NCBI GenBank assembly: GCA_030704615.1
Contig: CM060732.1
Span: 66,030,001-66,094,000 of the forward strand
From: Takakia lepidozioides
Lineage: Eukaryota; Plantae; Bryophyta
DNA: 64,000 nucleotides
Direction of reading: 5' to 3'
The number at the start of each line of letters is the position of its first letter. Within the stretch, counting starts at the first letter, position 1. Below the pieces are notes generated by a model that saw nothing but the letters and a program-made list of their open reading frames with translations, did not search any database and was not told where the DNA came from. Shown here one piece after another: positions 1-13,534 of this stretch. The position numbers and the translations under genes are program-made.

Positions 1-228
1 TCCTCGTTGTGGATAGTCCAATGGAGCCCAAAGCGACCAACATGAATGTTGTTGAAAGCTCACTACAGCACCTTCGTAAAGGAACTTGTCAAAATGTTGA
101 TGTTGCGGATTTTCGGGCACAAAAGTCTACCTTGGAGCACGGACCGGAGCTGGCATGAGTTCTTTAAAGATCCTTCACGATGGAGGGACAACCATAATCG
201 CAAGGTGTGGCTTTCTCTTAATGTATGA

Positions 229-1124
229 GGTGAAGAAGTTTGGCTGAACGAAATGTGGTGTCATGGAACGCGATGATCGCAGGATATGCACAGCACGGGT
301 GCGGGATGGAGGCTTTGGAGACCTACGAGCAAATGATGCGCAGAGGGGTGAAGCCCAACCATATCACGTTTGTTTGCATTTGCAATGCGTGTGCGAGCCT
401 GACAGCCTTGGAAAAGGACAAAGAGGTCCATGGTGATATCGTCAAAACTGGAATAGTACCAGACGTCATTCTGAACACTGCCTTGCTGGATATGTATATC
501 AGGAGTATTGAAGATGCAAAAGAAGTGTTTGACAACATAGCTGAACGAAATGTGTTTTCATGGAACGCGATGATTGCAGGATATGCACAGCACGGGTGTG
601 GGATAGAGGCTTTGGAGACCTATGAGCAAATGATGCACAGAGGGGTGTAGCCCCCAACCATATCATGTTTGTTTGCGTTTGCAATGCGTGTACGAGCCTG
701 GCAGCCTTGGAAAAGGACAAAGAGGTCCATGGTGATATTGTCAAAGCTGGAATAGTACCAGACGTCATTGAACACTGCCTTGCTGGATATGTATGCCAAA
801 TGTGGGAGTATTGAAGATGCAAAAGGAGTGTTCGGATGGCTGAAAGAAATGTGCTGTCATGGAACGCGATGATCGCAGGATATGCACAGCACGGGTGTGG
901 GATGGAGGCTTTGGAGACCTATGAGCAAATGATGCGCAGAGGGGTGAAGCCCAACATATCACGTTTGTTTGTGTTTGCATATGCGTGTGCGAGCATGGCA
1001 GCCTTGGAGAAGGGCAAAGAGGTCCATGGTGATATCGTCAAAGCTGGAAGAGGCTTTTCGTTACTTCCGAAGTATGCAACAAGAAGGCTTGAAGCCCAAC
1101 AAGGTCACCTTCATGAGCATCCTC
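229..1124 (+). pseudogene. PLS-class PPR gene fragment (about 3 near-identical P1-L1-S1 triplets), interrupted by the CACTA insertion
   Basis: Repeats VVSWNAMIAGYAQHGCGMEALETYEQMM..GVKPN / HITFVCICNACASL.ALEK.KEVHGDIVK / VILNTALLDMY, with frameshifts. Ends at ..MSIL, which resumes as NACA after 13537. Confidence 0.9.
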
Positions 1125-1585
1125 CACTACAAGAGATGAGCGTTTTTAGGACTACGGGTTTGGCGGAGTCATAAAAACTGCACTAGACTACAGAGCGCTG
1201 AAATGCATTACAGTTTTAGTTTTATGACTTTGTAGTAATGGATATCACTACATGACTCCGGAAAGTTAGGGAGCATTGGTCAAACATTGTTGACCATGAT
1301 GACAGGGATGGTTTATATGACTAGTGTGATATGTTTGACTACACGTGGACGACGTTTCATGGAATCTTATGACTCCATGACTGAAGATGGTTTCAGAGCT
1401 CTATTTATACGACTACATCACTACACGTGTCATTTTGAAGGCACATATAATGCAAATAAGGTTGCCCATTAGGTTTAAAAAAGTTAAATTTTTTGCTAAT
1501 AAGGTTGCCCATTAGTGTAATCGTGAACAGAAAGGAGGGCTGGGACTTGGCGTCTTTTTGTCCTGCGCCACACCACATAGCTGAG

Positions 1586-2385
1586 GGATGGAACGCGATG
1601 ATAGCAGGATATGCAGGGGCGTGGATGGAGGCGTTGAGCAAATGATGCACGAAGGAGAGAGGAGGAGACGAGACGAGACGAGGACAAGCGAGCTCGCCGT
1701 TCTTGGGAGAGTCAGCTTGGTCTTAGCAAGCGTGTTTCAATCTCTGACTACTCATCTCTACGCCGTAGTGGTTCGATCTGACAGACCAATCCGACATTAC
1801 CTGACTACAGACACAAGCAGCACACACAAGAGGTCATCGGTCAAATCCTCCATGGGTCAGGACAGGTCAAGGACAATGTGGTAGGGCACCTTCTTCTTCA
1901 ACCTATTTCAGCCTGTGTTGCCCTCTCATCAGACTCGGCCGCAAGATGCATTGAATTCTGTAAGTTAGGTCGTTGGGTACATCTGTGGTGGTTTGGAGTG
2001 ACTTTGGCAAGTTACTGCCAGTGTGGCAGCAGGGAAGTATCCAAAAACATATAATAGAGGTGAGGAGAAGCTGGGGTGAACACTTTCCGACCCCAATGGT
2101 GGGACAATGGAGACAAAAAGGCGAATGCCTGTTGGACTACAGAGAGAAGCAGATGCATTTCAGATTGTGATAAGTAGGGTTGGGGTGTTTTGGGGAAGAA
2201 CTCCACACCAGTATGGTTGGGGTGTTTGCTGGTAGAATTGTAGGCTGTCAGAGGCATGGATAGCTGAAGGAGCAGGGATAGAGTGTGGGTCCACATTCAT
2301 CCAAGAGGGCTGGATTTCAAGCTCCACATTACCTTGTGGAAGGATAGGTACAAGAAACCTACATGGGTAGATGGTCAACTGGAAG
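1586..2385 (+). pseudogene. PPR P1 fragment plus PPR-associated leader sequence inside the CACTA
   Basis: tggaacgcgatgatagcaggatatgca (WNAMIAGYA) at about 1589. 1700-2385 visibly aligns with 57553-57895, 58720-58870 and 59225-59350. Confidence 0.75.
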
Positions 2386-2496
2386 CGGCATGTTTACTAT
2401 ATGTCATTCCAGACTGTCATTGTTGGTCCATGTGTTTTACAACAATGCTATCAATATAAGACTCCTGGTTCGCATTGGAAGCTCAATCCCTTTCAT

Positions 2497-2612
2497 TGTG
2501 TGTGAAGCTCAAACTTGCGATTTGAAGGATCTTGTAGCCAAGTTCATTCAACCGGAAAGGAGAAATTCTGAAAGCTCCCAAATTTGATGTGGGCAAGCTT
2601 ATGGAGGTAAGA
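2497..2612 (+). pseudogene. RPS3A: 40S ribosomal protein eS1 (S3a) exon fragment, copy 1
   Basis: VCEAQTCDLKDLVAKFI then ILKAPKFDVGKLME followed by a gtaag splice donor; matches the eS1 C-terminal region. Confidence 0.8.
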
Positions 2613-3210
2613 CTTAGCTTCCCTCCTCTAATGTAAGTGTTGGATAAGTTTCATTTAGTGTCGACCTTCACTGCATATATTGGCTCTTTTCTTGGCTGGT
2701 TTCATATTTTCTTGGCTGGTATGCTGTTGGTTGGCTTCTTTCATTTCACGTGTGTAGTGGAAGGGGAGAAGTACTTTCCTAAGTTCTGCTGCAACAATGT
2801 CTTTTTCCAGCCTAGATGTTTCGATGGATACAAATTGAAGTGCTTTGAATGTTGCTGCAATACTATAATAAAGTGGAGGGTGCTGAATGCAGTTGGCCTT
2901 GCTTCGTGCAGGCATAATCCAGGGAAATGTGGACATAGCTGAAACCCCATGATAGCATTTCCAGAGGACGGTGTGGATGGCCTCACAATCCAGCATGCAA
3001 AATCCATGACAATGTGGAGCTGGCTGAATGGGCAAACAGGTTAAGTGGCGAACAAGCCACGTCACTGGTACATAGTTGCATGCTTACATAGTACATGAAA
3101 GCGTACTATATGTCATTCCCGAAATTGACCATGTTGGTCCATGTATTTTACAACAATGCTATCAAAAAGACCAATGGTTCGCATTGGAAACTCTATCCCC
3201 GTAAGTGGCT

Positions 3211-3360
3211 TGTGCGTGATGCTCAAACTTGTGATTTGAAGGATCTTATACCCCAGTTCATTGCAGAGGTCATTGGAAAAGACATTGAGAGGCAACAGCC
3301 GTTATCTATAATCTACAGATCCCCTTCAATTTGATGTGGGAAAGCCGGCTGGCTGGAGGT
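3211..3360 (+). pseudogene. RPS3A: 40S ribosomal protein eS1 (S3a) exon fragment, copy 2
   Basis: VRDAQTCDLKDLIPQFIAEVIGKDIE...FDVGK. The upstream flank 3105-3200 is duplicated from 2395-2490. Confidence 0.8.
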
Positions 3361-3888
3361 CTAGTCTCACTTTCACTCATCTAATGTCAGTGTTGTATCC
3401 ATTGCAATGTGGAGATGTTTGAAAACATTGGAGCATTTCCAGAGGATGGTCTGGATGGCCTTTCGTGGCGTGTGCCGAATCCATGGCAAGAAAACATTGC
3501 AGGCAGAACCCATGGCAATGGTACCAGCACGGGTTGGTCCAAAGCCAATTGCAACAACAAATGAATAAAGGGTGCTGAAAGGAAAGCACTCCATAATTGA
3601 TCATAAAATCCAGTGTCCAAGCATGATATCTTAATGGGAATGCGAAGGGAGTGTTACCACCTTAAACTATCATGCATGGTCTATAACTGGAGTGCACAAA
3701 TCGCGCATATCTAATCTTCATCATCCTCATCTATGTCTGGGTCACTACATGTATCACTGTCTTCATCACAGACTTCATCTTCTCCAAGGGTTGGCTGAAC
3801 ATCATCACCACGTATACGGGGTGCTCGGAGGTACAAGGAGGCCACCTGCTCTGGAGTAACCGGTACCGCTCGGCTGCATGTTGGGCCA

Positions 3889-6800
3889 TCAGTAACCAGT
3901 CTCCTCTAGTCTTTGTGGGGCTAACAATCCTTCCACTTCCGCCACATCATCATTATCAATTGATATGTCGCAGACCACTCTACGTGCTCGGGGGCTCTTC
4001 TCCAGGACGACTTTCCACCCCGGCTCCTTCACACAATCAGAAAAAAACACTTGATCAACCTGGCCAGGAAACACAAAAGGTTGCTCAGAAGGTGGAAGCA
4101 TACGGTTAAAATTGACAAGTGTGAAGCCAGCATCATCCTGCTTCATTGACATAGGTTGACGACCCACGCGACTCGCCCGTACCCACGAACACAAAAACAC
4201 TATAGGCTGTGTTTGGCCATAGTCAATTTGCAAAATCTCCCTTATAAGACCCACATATCTTGTAGGTTCCTCCATGTCATTGCCTGAATTGTTGGTAATG
4301 GGCTGGTGCTGGAAAACAGATGAGACTCCACAATCAAAAGACACCATACTTGTTGTTCATGCCGGGGGATGTAACCCTGTAATGGTTACCATACGCTGTC
4401 ATACTCTTGAATGACAGGGCAGTAAATGATGGAGGCCTTGAAAGATCCAGTAATTCCTCACGTGTTGTAGGATCAAGCCCATCTGATTGAATTGAGAGAT
4501 GATCCCGTACACCTTGAGGGAGCCAAACAGCAAATGGAGGACAAGGATGCAAATCAGGAGGGTACTGAATTGCCGTGGGATTGCTCATGCCTTCCAGCCC
4601 TTGCTCCTCACGAAACAAGCGTCGTCTGGCTTCTATCCGTGTGGACTCTGCTTCATATATCCTGTCACAATCCGAGGGTCAGCCAGGAGATTGACAGAGG
4701 TGGCGTGGGAGATTTGAAAAGACGCCATATGCCAACTAATGATAAATGACTAAAACTTGGAAATCTGAATGTCAATGAAGTAGATTTCTTACCCCAACAT
4801 GACTGATAGACGAGGATGGTTCTGAATGATGTACTCATGTACAATATCACAGGTCATTCAATTTTCGGGCTTTAGAACTTCCTTCCACAACTTCACGTTC
4901 CACAGATTCTGCCTCATCTGCATCCCACACCCTTCGTACACTTCCATCAAATCCTGCCATATACTCTGTGCAAAAACCCAATGCTTCTTCAAATTGGTAT
5001 CCTTCTGCCATGCTCCCCTCGGGCCTTGCCATGTTTCTTACGTAGCCCTTCATATCTTTCATTGCCCGCTCCATGGGGTACATCCAACGAGATGCTACGG
5101 GCCCGCATAAGTACAACTCATCCACTAGGTGAACAACCAGATGTGTCATCACATCAAAAAATGATGGTGGGAACTCCTTCTCTATAAGACACAGAGTGAG
5201 AACTGCTTCAGTTCTCAATTCCTCATACTCTACAGGATTCACCACTTTTGCACACAACTTCTTAAATACACACATACTCGCAAAATGGCCCTTCGAGGAC
5301 CACTTGGCATGAGCCCACGGATAGCAAGCGGTATAATTGCTGCATGAGCACATGATAGTCATGTGATTTCATGCCTGACAACTTCTTCTTCACCACATGC
5401 TTTTTGAAAGCTGATGCGTAGCTGTTGGCACTTTCAAGTTCTGCACAATCTCCAGAAAGACTTGTAACTCAGCCTCAGTGAGGACATAAGGGGCAGGAGG
5501 CATAATTAACGTATCTGCTCTGTCAGGATCACGTTGTAGCCACAATTCCGGGCGCATCCCAAGTAGCTCCAAATCACGGCGAACTTTCAATGTGTCTTTC
5601 TCACCAAAGATAGTTTTAATAATATTTTCAGCCAAGTTCTTCTCGCAATGCATTGCGTCAAACGTGTGGCGGATGAGGAGACCCTACAAAATGAACACAT
5701 AAGCAATTGAGCATTTACTCATCACAATTTAAACAGAAAACGCAAAAATGTACACAGCCAATTTAAAGGCCATGAAGGAATTACCTCCCAATAAGGTAAG
5801 ACATATAAAATTGACAATCGCTTAACTCCATGAGTTTTTGCTGGGTCTGTCCTGCTATCTGGCGTCCCTCCGTTTTCCACCCATGCAGTGCGAGCTGTTG
5901 CAAGGTCCTTGATTTGTGTTCCAGGAGTTCCATGCTCAGTAGCGCCATTGAACATTCTTGACCTTCTATATGGATGATTGCGGGCCAAAAATCTTCGGTG
6001 GCCTAGGAAAACAATTTTTCCACATGTGTGTAACTGCTGTGAAGTCACCCCGGGTCCACAAGCTGGACAACCAGCATAACCTTTCGTCACTTGACCTGAG
6101 AGCAAGCCATATGCAGGGTAGTCATGGATTGACCACATCAACACTGCCCTCAGTGTGAATTCGCGTTGACCACGAGGACGGGAAACATCATGAGCTGCAA
6201 TCCCTCTCCATAGTTCCAATAGCTCTTCCACTAGGGGCATCAGGTAAACATCTACGTTGTCCGAGGTAACAGACTCCTTACCAGGAATCAGTAGCGCTAA
6301 CATGACAAAGAACTTTTTGGTCATTAACCACGGAGGCAGATTGTAATTGACCAAGAGAACGGGCCATGTGCTCCAACTTGTGGATTGAGCTCCGTAGGGA
6401 TTTACACCGTCTAAGGCCAATCCAAATCGCAGAGATCGTGGCTCTGCAGCAAAATCCGCAAATGTGGTGTCAATGTGTCTCCATGCTTTGCTATCAGCTG
6501 GATGTCGAACCAACCCATCCTGGCTCTTATGTCTGTCGTGCCATGTCATGAGGTTAGCGATCGATTTACATCGGTACATACGTTTCAACCTTGGAATGAC
6601 AGGGAAGTGTCGCAATACTTTCTTGGGCACACTTCCACGACCTGGAATGTAACGGGAACTGCGGCACACTGGGCAAATGTCTACATTCTCATACTCCCCA
6701 CGGAAGAGTACACAACCACGCTCACAGGCATGAATCATCGTGTACTGCAATCCCATCTTGGCAATCATGGTTTTTGCTTCATAGTGAGTTTTCGGCAATG

Positions 6801-7700
6801 AATTCTCTTAGGCAAAAAACTCTTACGCAACAATCCCAGAAGCTCATCCACAAATGCATTGGTGCACTTGTGGGTAGTGCATGCGTTCAGCAACGTCAAA
6901 GTTGCTTGCAGCCGGCTGATGGAGCACCCTTCAAAAAGTGGACATTGCGACGCTCGGAAGAGTTTATCATACTCGGGATCAACGTGCAGGTGAGCATTCT
7001 CATCAAATTCATTGTCTCCGGAATCGTCGAGATCATCGTCATGATCGGCAAATGTGTGATCGGTTCCACCATGAATGGGGTCCTCTCTGTTTGCATCTGC
7101 AAAGAGAAACGCTTCCTGCAATGCACGCTGCATTTCTACCTCCAATCCACCACTCTCATCTGCGTTCTCTGTGACATTGGGCTCCGCTGTGCCGCAGGGC
7201 CTTCGTCTTCATCATCTGAATATTCACATCCTGCATCCCAATAGTCATCTTGTGAGTGGACCAACAACGATGTGACACTTGTCATATATGACTACATGAC
7301 TACACATGACCAATGAAAACACGACATGTGCATTAATTAAAGTGATAACGGAAGTGGCGTAGTCATACTCACGTCTGTATCTTATGACTTCTTGACTACA
7401 ATCACCCAACGAAATGTCGACATGTGGAGAAGAGGATCGTTGCATTCAAAATTCAAACTAAAGTGCTGAAGGGAAAGTGACGATCTTACCGGAAGAGAAC
7501 AGCGTTGGAGAAGGATCCCTCCCGTGTATCATGTAATGATTCCTCACTGTTTCCAACAACAGTACTTTTCCTCCATGACACTCATCGCAGTTGCATAGCA
7601 TTTTTGTATGCCCATTCCTTGTGGCATAAGCTTCTTCCATTCGCCATAGACGGTCATCTATTCTACGCCTACGCATCCGTTCGCCACCTGCACTGTACAT
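3889..7700 (-). pseudogene. CACTA TnpD-type transposase (transposase-associated Cys domain, Transposase_21, DUF4218-like, DUF4216-like), frameshifted
   Basis: CNCDEC at the N-terminus; IHACERGCVLFR, RHPADSKAWRHID, LRFGLALDGVNPY, SIHDYPAYG; intron at about 5685-5785 joining PYWE to GLLIRHTFDAMHCEKN; FPPSFFDVMTHLVVHL..RWMYPMER; YVGLIREILQIDY..FVFPGQVDQVFF. Confidence 0.93.
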
Positions 7701-9179
7701 GCTTTGAACGTCACCCCTTCCCTCTTTGCATGCTACGCACAGTGCATTGTCTCTAGTTTTGCACCAGCTGCCAATGTGCTATTTCTATATCTATAGTATA
7801 CTATAAGTATCGTTTCTGAGTGTCCATGGTGAAGCGGAAGGTCTTCGAAGTGACAGTCCCTCTCACTGAGTACGAGAAGTTCCGAGAGCGCCGGATTGCT
7901 GCCATAAAGGAGGTGGAAGCAACGTTCAAGCAGTCGATAGATGGGTGAGTTTAGTTCCTGACTTTGGATACCCACCCACTAAACTTGCGATTTGCCTTAT
8001 CCTCTAACCTTCCTACAGCGATCATAAGCTTCATAGCACAAATGGGGGCGAGTAGCTGCGACTTGTACAAACAGAGAGGCAAACAACATGCAGTGAGTGA
8101 CGATTAGGTTTGAGGAGGGTGTGTCATTAGGCGGGAGATGTCCGCCGTCATTCGTGGGCAGCATTACGTCCTGGTAGGGTGCGGCTGTGGTTCAGCGTAG
8201 GCTTAAGAGTATTAGGGTATGTATGCTTACATTTGTTTGTGATTGTTTGAGAGGGAGGTCATGGAGGTGTTTGTGCAGGCTTGCGGGAGCGAATCGCCCT
8301 CGCAAGCCACGCGCTCCGAAGGAAAAAGGTAGGGATCAAGGTCCTGCAAGGCAAAGTGCCAGACTGAAGACGATGAAGACTACGATTCTGCATGAGGGCT
8401 CTTCTGAGGACGATGAGGACGATCCACTCCTCCCACGCCAGTGCGAGGAGTGCGTCGTCGGCGGATGCCACGGCAAGCCGAGGAGAACATGCCCATGCTC
8501 ATGTCGCAGGACAAAAACGCCCATCATCTACACTACGAACACCTTCTCCGTCTGTGAGTTATAGTTCTTCACAATGACCATGATTCTAATTATGTATGTT
8601 TTTGGTAAAATCACGAAGAGATAGGGTATGTCTGTCAAGACAGGGAAGTTGGACAATGCAGGGGTCAGCCAAGGCACAATCACAAATGATTTCCACTAGA
8701 CAAGTTGAAGTGCCAAAGGCATGATGTCAGGCCAATGTAGACTTCAGGTGTGTTCAAATTCTTTGCCCCATGAAACCAACGTCCTGGTACTAAGCTACAA
8801 TGGCTACTTATAGAGATACTTGGGTTACTTATGCACCCATATCAGTAAACTTGGAGGGATACTTCTCATGGACCCATCAGGTTTGTCCATTTGAATTCTT
8901 GCTATGGATTTCAGGAACACCCCATACCTAAGAGGGCTCAAAAATGTACTGGGAGGACATCATTGGGGCCAATCAAATTTGGGAGATTTACTGCCCAAGA
9001 TCATACTGAGTTTTGGGTAATCTTGTCTTTAAAAATGATATGTGCTTCCAGTTTGTTTTGCCTGAATTCAAGGATTTGCTGCTTGCTGCCTATATGTATG
9101 TGTAATCCCACATTGTACGGGGGAATTTCTTTTCAGGGCAAGCACAAGCGCACTGGATCCACGATCCCTGCTGCTAGCA

Positions 9180-12100
9180 ATGGAGATGGCGCCCACAAGA
9201 ACGCAGGAGGTGGCCCTAACTCTCCCAACGTTGTGGTTCTGTGCCACCATACCCCCACCTTATTATGGTATGCCTCAGTACCCACAGTCTGGCACTCAGT
9301 ATGGTCAGGGTCAATATGGTGCTCCTCCATATGGGCAGTATGGCCAGTATCCTCCTCCACCATATTTGCCACCCCCTAATAGCTATGGGGGTGGCAGGCC
9401 ACCGGAATATCCTCCTGCTTATGGACAGTATGGCCAGTATGGTCTCGGCCTTCTGGCCAACAACCCATGGCCACCAGTCCCTACTTGGCAGGATCCTGCT
9501 TTGAATTCTCCTGAGCGCACGGAGGTCTCTGAAGGAGGGGAGGGTGCCGTTTCAAAGAATGATAGAACCAATGCTTTAAGGAGGGCTAATAGCTCAGCCA
9601 AAATTGAAGCTGCCAAGGTCAAGGAAGAGAGAATAGCTGCAGGTCTTCCTCCCACGGTGATTTTGACGAACCTCAAAGGAGCCCCGTATGGTCAGACCCG
9701 GAATGTATGGCACGCTGCCCTTAAAGGACAGGCTTATCGCAAGCTAGATTGTTCCCTTGCCATCAACAACCAACCTGATGAAGTTGTATACGCAGAGATC
9801 ACCTGGCTAAGCTATTTTCATATACGCCGCACGAGTTAAAAGACTTCCACCTAAAACAAACAATTGGCAGAATAATGAAGAGCCAGCGTTATGAAGCACA
9901 CACTGCGTGGTTGGGTGGTAAGGGGAAACCCATTACTGTATCTGACGAGGTATGGAACAAGCTTGTAAGTTACTGGCAGACAGAGGTGTTCCACAAAGTG
10001 TCGGGCAACATGAAGAAGGCAAATGGTGCAATTCTGAATCCTACCAAGACTGGCCGTGGTGGGAAGGCAATGGTGGAAGCACGCTTGGTAAGTGGCATCA
10101 TCACGACTCTGTATTTTGTTCCTCATTGAATTGCTATGTGTATATAGTCAGCCCTCACATTGCTTACTGACTTGTGGCATGGGTTTGTTTGTGGCATGGA
10201 TTAATTTGTAGGAAACACTATCAGGGTGCCCTCCTACATTATATGAAATTCAAGAGGGTTCAGTGTCACGGTTGTCAGCTGGGAGTGACAGGCGGGTAAG
10301 TGTGTTTTCCACGTTTGCTAGAGTGGTTGCTGCATCATAGGTTGCTAGGGTTTTTTTCACGGCTTTTGGCCTGGGTTTTCTTCCAATGGTTGTTCATGCT
10401 AGGTTTTTTTGGTTTGATTCATACTTGGGCAAGTTTTCATGGATTGGCAGGAGGGAAGTCTCGCATATTCTACAGTAGTTGGCAGGATGGATGGCTTGGA
10501 CAAACTGGTGGAATCACAAGGACGTGACATGGCAGAATTAAAATTACAGATGCAGAGTATGATTGAGTACCAGAAAGCCATTGTGACCAGATTGGGGATT
10601 AATCTACCAGGCGCAGGACCAGTGACATCTACGATGGATACGTCTGCTGTGACAGTATCAAAATGTTTGGAATCCCAATTTCAGACGGTAACTGGTGCTC
10701 ACTCTAAGCCCTTATGTCTTCCTGTCACTGATGATCTTTTGAATTTGACCGAGCAGCAGCAGGATACAGGGAAGGCCAGCTGTGAGGTACACGTGGAAAT
10801 TCAGCCCTTGCCACGTACAAAGGCAGTAGCAGTCCAGGGGGCAATGGTGACAGAGCCGCCGGCACACCGGATTCTGGTATGCAGGTATGTGGGAGTTTAA
10901 TGGGGAGGAAGATGCAGACGGGGACAAAACAAACAAGCAGGTTGCTTTAATTTCTCCTGCTCACATGTTGAAGCCAAATGTCAGTTTACTTCCTGGACCA
11001 ACGAGGAAGCATTTACTAATTTCTGGACTTAAATGGTCTGTTATGTGAATCTTTTCATTCTGCTAATGGGCCTGCATCCCTTCCCAAAGGTTTTGTGGGA
11101 AGATGTGTGGCAAGAAGATGGTAGTTTTGAGACCACGCTGTTATGACTTTTTGCAAAAGTGTTTTGAACACTTTGAGGTGGCGGTGTGGTCTTGTTGCCA
11201 AGCTCGCAACTTCTTCCCAATGGTGGACTATATTTTTGCAGCCCACACTAACCTGGTTTTCCAGTGGGATGCCCTTCACTGTGACGAGGATCCAGTCCTC
11301 CCATGCCGTAAGGGGTCTGATTCAAAGCCATTATATTTCAAGAACTTGTCTACAGTGTGGGCAGACTGGCCAGAATGGACTTATGAGGACACTGTTCTTG
11401 TTGACGACACACCAAGAAAGGCGGCAAACAATCCTCCCTTCAGTGGGATTTTTCCAGAGCCATGGAAGGTGCAACCAGATTCACCAACTGATGAGTATCT
11501 AACAGAGGTGTTGTGGCCTTTCTTGTGGAAGGCATCGAAAGCTGCCAGTATTCCCAAGTTTTTGGAGTCTCAGCCTGTTTTCGGACAACAACCATACAAC
11601 ACTGCTACTGTGAAGGTACAAACATTCTGACAGTGCTCCAGAGGCTACATTTTTGTGGGTTCATTCATTGCATTGCTTTCCTGGATGCTTCTCCTCGGTT
11701 GCTTGATTAATGCTAGGTTTTCTTTGCAGCTTTTCATGTTGGTTTTTTTTGTTTGATTCATACTTGGATTTTGTTTCTATTCACTATTCCTGTTTGCTCA
11801 TTGCTTTCCTGGTTGATCTCTGGTCTGTGACACAGGAACTTGTGACAAACAAAGGTGATATTGTCGACAAGCCGGTACAGACGAGGGGCAAGAGTGTCGA
11901 CCCGGCGAGTAGCCCCCCAAAAGAGGTCTCACCACCACTGGAGACTGCAAATGGAGTAAGTCCAGGCCGTTGTCTTGTTGTTATATTTTTTCCAACCTTG
12001 GGGCTCTCTTTAACTCGCAAATGTTGAGTGTCCTAGTCGTGTGTATGTCATGGGTTTTCACATCGTGTTCTTTTTTGTGTGGAGTTGGGATCACAGTTCA

Positions 12101-12378
12101 GGGTGGGTGACGAGGTTCGGTTGTTGGATGTGAACTCCAAACGCAAGAAATGTGGAGTAGGGCTGATTTGTTGCTCTTCAAGGTGCTGTGGTGGGTTACG
12201 GGTACCCGCTGTGCCCCTTGATTATGCCTGTGTGTACATCAAAGAGGCATGTGTCAGTAACACCCCTCTACCATATGTGAATGGTGTTAGGAAACAGACC
12301 GAGTTGGGGCAGGTGGTTGGCCAGACAACACTTTGGAGTCTAAAGTTACTGAAACTTATGGAGCTGCGGAAGGGATAG
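9180..12378 (+). pseudogene. CACTA second gene (TnpA/Ptta-like), multi-exon, divergent from TnpD
   Basis: P/Y/G/Q-rich N-terminus; VSDEVWNKLVSYW...NMKKANG....TKTGRGG resembles Transposase_24; coiled region 10439-10600; C-terminal VRLLD...VPLDYACVYI...PLPY...LGQVVGQTTLW resembles the Tnp1/Transposase_23 C-terminus. Confidence 0.65.
11005..11630 (+). pseudogene. FCP1/NIF-homology HAD phosphatase-like domain within the CACTA second gene
   Basis: KHLLI/LDLNGLLC (11023, frameshifted), LRPRCYDFLQKCFEHFEVAVWS, YFKNLSTVW, TVLVDDTPRKAANNP: the hallmark FCP1-homology motif series. Confidence 0.85.
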
Positions 12379-12839
12379 TCAGTATTGCACTGTTTAACAG
12401 AGTTCTTGATTCTAATAGCACTAGAACATACTAGCTACAACAATTCAGCCCATGTGTGGGCTTGCTTGTTTTTGGCTGGGCCTTTTGAGGCATGGATTTT
12501 TTGACCTTGTGGCTTTTGAGGTGTCCATTGGGATATTGGTCTCATTTGGATTTTTGTAATGTGATTTATAGGGCTTGTATTGCCCTGTAGTTGACTATTT
12601 TCATTTCTCCTTGTGGTTGATAGTATGCAGGAGGGATCCATTCTGTTTTCATGTTGGAATTTCACCATGTAATGAAGATTTTAAATCATTTAATTCACTT
12701 TCATTTAAATAATAATATTAAAAATAATACCATTAAAAAAAATCCAAGGCTGCAATCTCCCTGTTCTTTTAAATATTAAATGAAAAAAATTAAAATATGA
12801 ACATTAAAAATATAAACTATTTCGGAAAACAATCTTGAT

Positions 12840-13505
12840 GACACGTGGCATCACTCTTGCTCAACCAGAACACGTGGCAGTATATGACACGACATTCTTT
12901 ATCCATATTTTCACCACGTGTAAAGATCCGTAGTCATATATTTTGTCTGTGTGCCACATGTCACATCTCAAGTGCAACAGGTGTCCCGCTAATCTCTCCA
13001 TGTAGACATCCCTGTAGTCATATGAGCGAGTCATGTAGTCACCACGTGTGAAATCTGCCATAGCACACGTGTCTCGCTAGCGCCTCTCCATGTAGGCATC
13101 ACTGTGCAGACATGTAGTCATATGATCATGGCAAGAAGTCGTGACATGTCAAATTCGCAGTGGCGCACGTGTCCATCCGTCGCCTCTCCATGTAGGCATC
13201 ACTTTGCAGACATATAGTCATATGATCCCCTGACGAATGCATGACGTGTCGCTTGCGCAGTGGCGCACGTGTCCCGCTGAAGCCTCTCCATGTAGGCAGC
13301 GCTCAACAGACAATGTAGTCATATATTAGTCATATAGTTGTGACTGCAACCCTCTCTGCAGCAGGACTCCAGGTGCCACGCAAGCAGTCATGGATATGAC
13401 TTGCAAAACGCAGTCCTAAAGACTAGTCGCTATGACAGGGTTTTTTTCACTACAGAGTGATGTAGTCATGAACGCATATAAGACTGAAAAAATAGTCATA
13501 TGTGA
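12840..13505. repeat. CACTA subterminal repeats
   Basis: Recurrent (g)tagtcatat and cctctccatgtagg/cacgtgtc motifs in roughly 90-bp units next to the right TIR. Confidence 0.8.
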
Positions 13506-13534
13506 AGTCATAAAAACGCTCATCTGTTGTAGTG

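Larger units (their letters stand above)
1125..13534. mobile_element. CACTA (En/Spm) DNA transposon, full length, ORFs frameshifted
   Basis: TIRs cactacaagagatgagcgtttttaggact (1125-1153) and its reverse complement at 13506-13534 (2 mismatches). 3-bp TSD CTC at 1122-1124 and 13535-13537. Removing the element restores the PPR frame MSILNACA. Confidence 0.96.
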
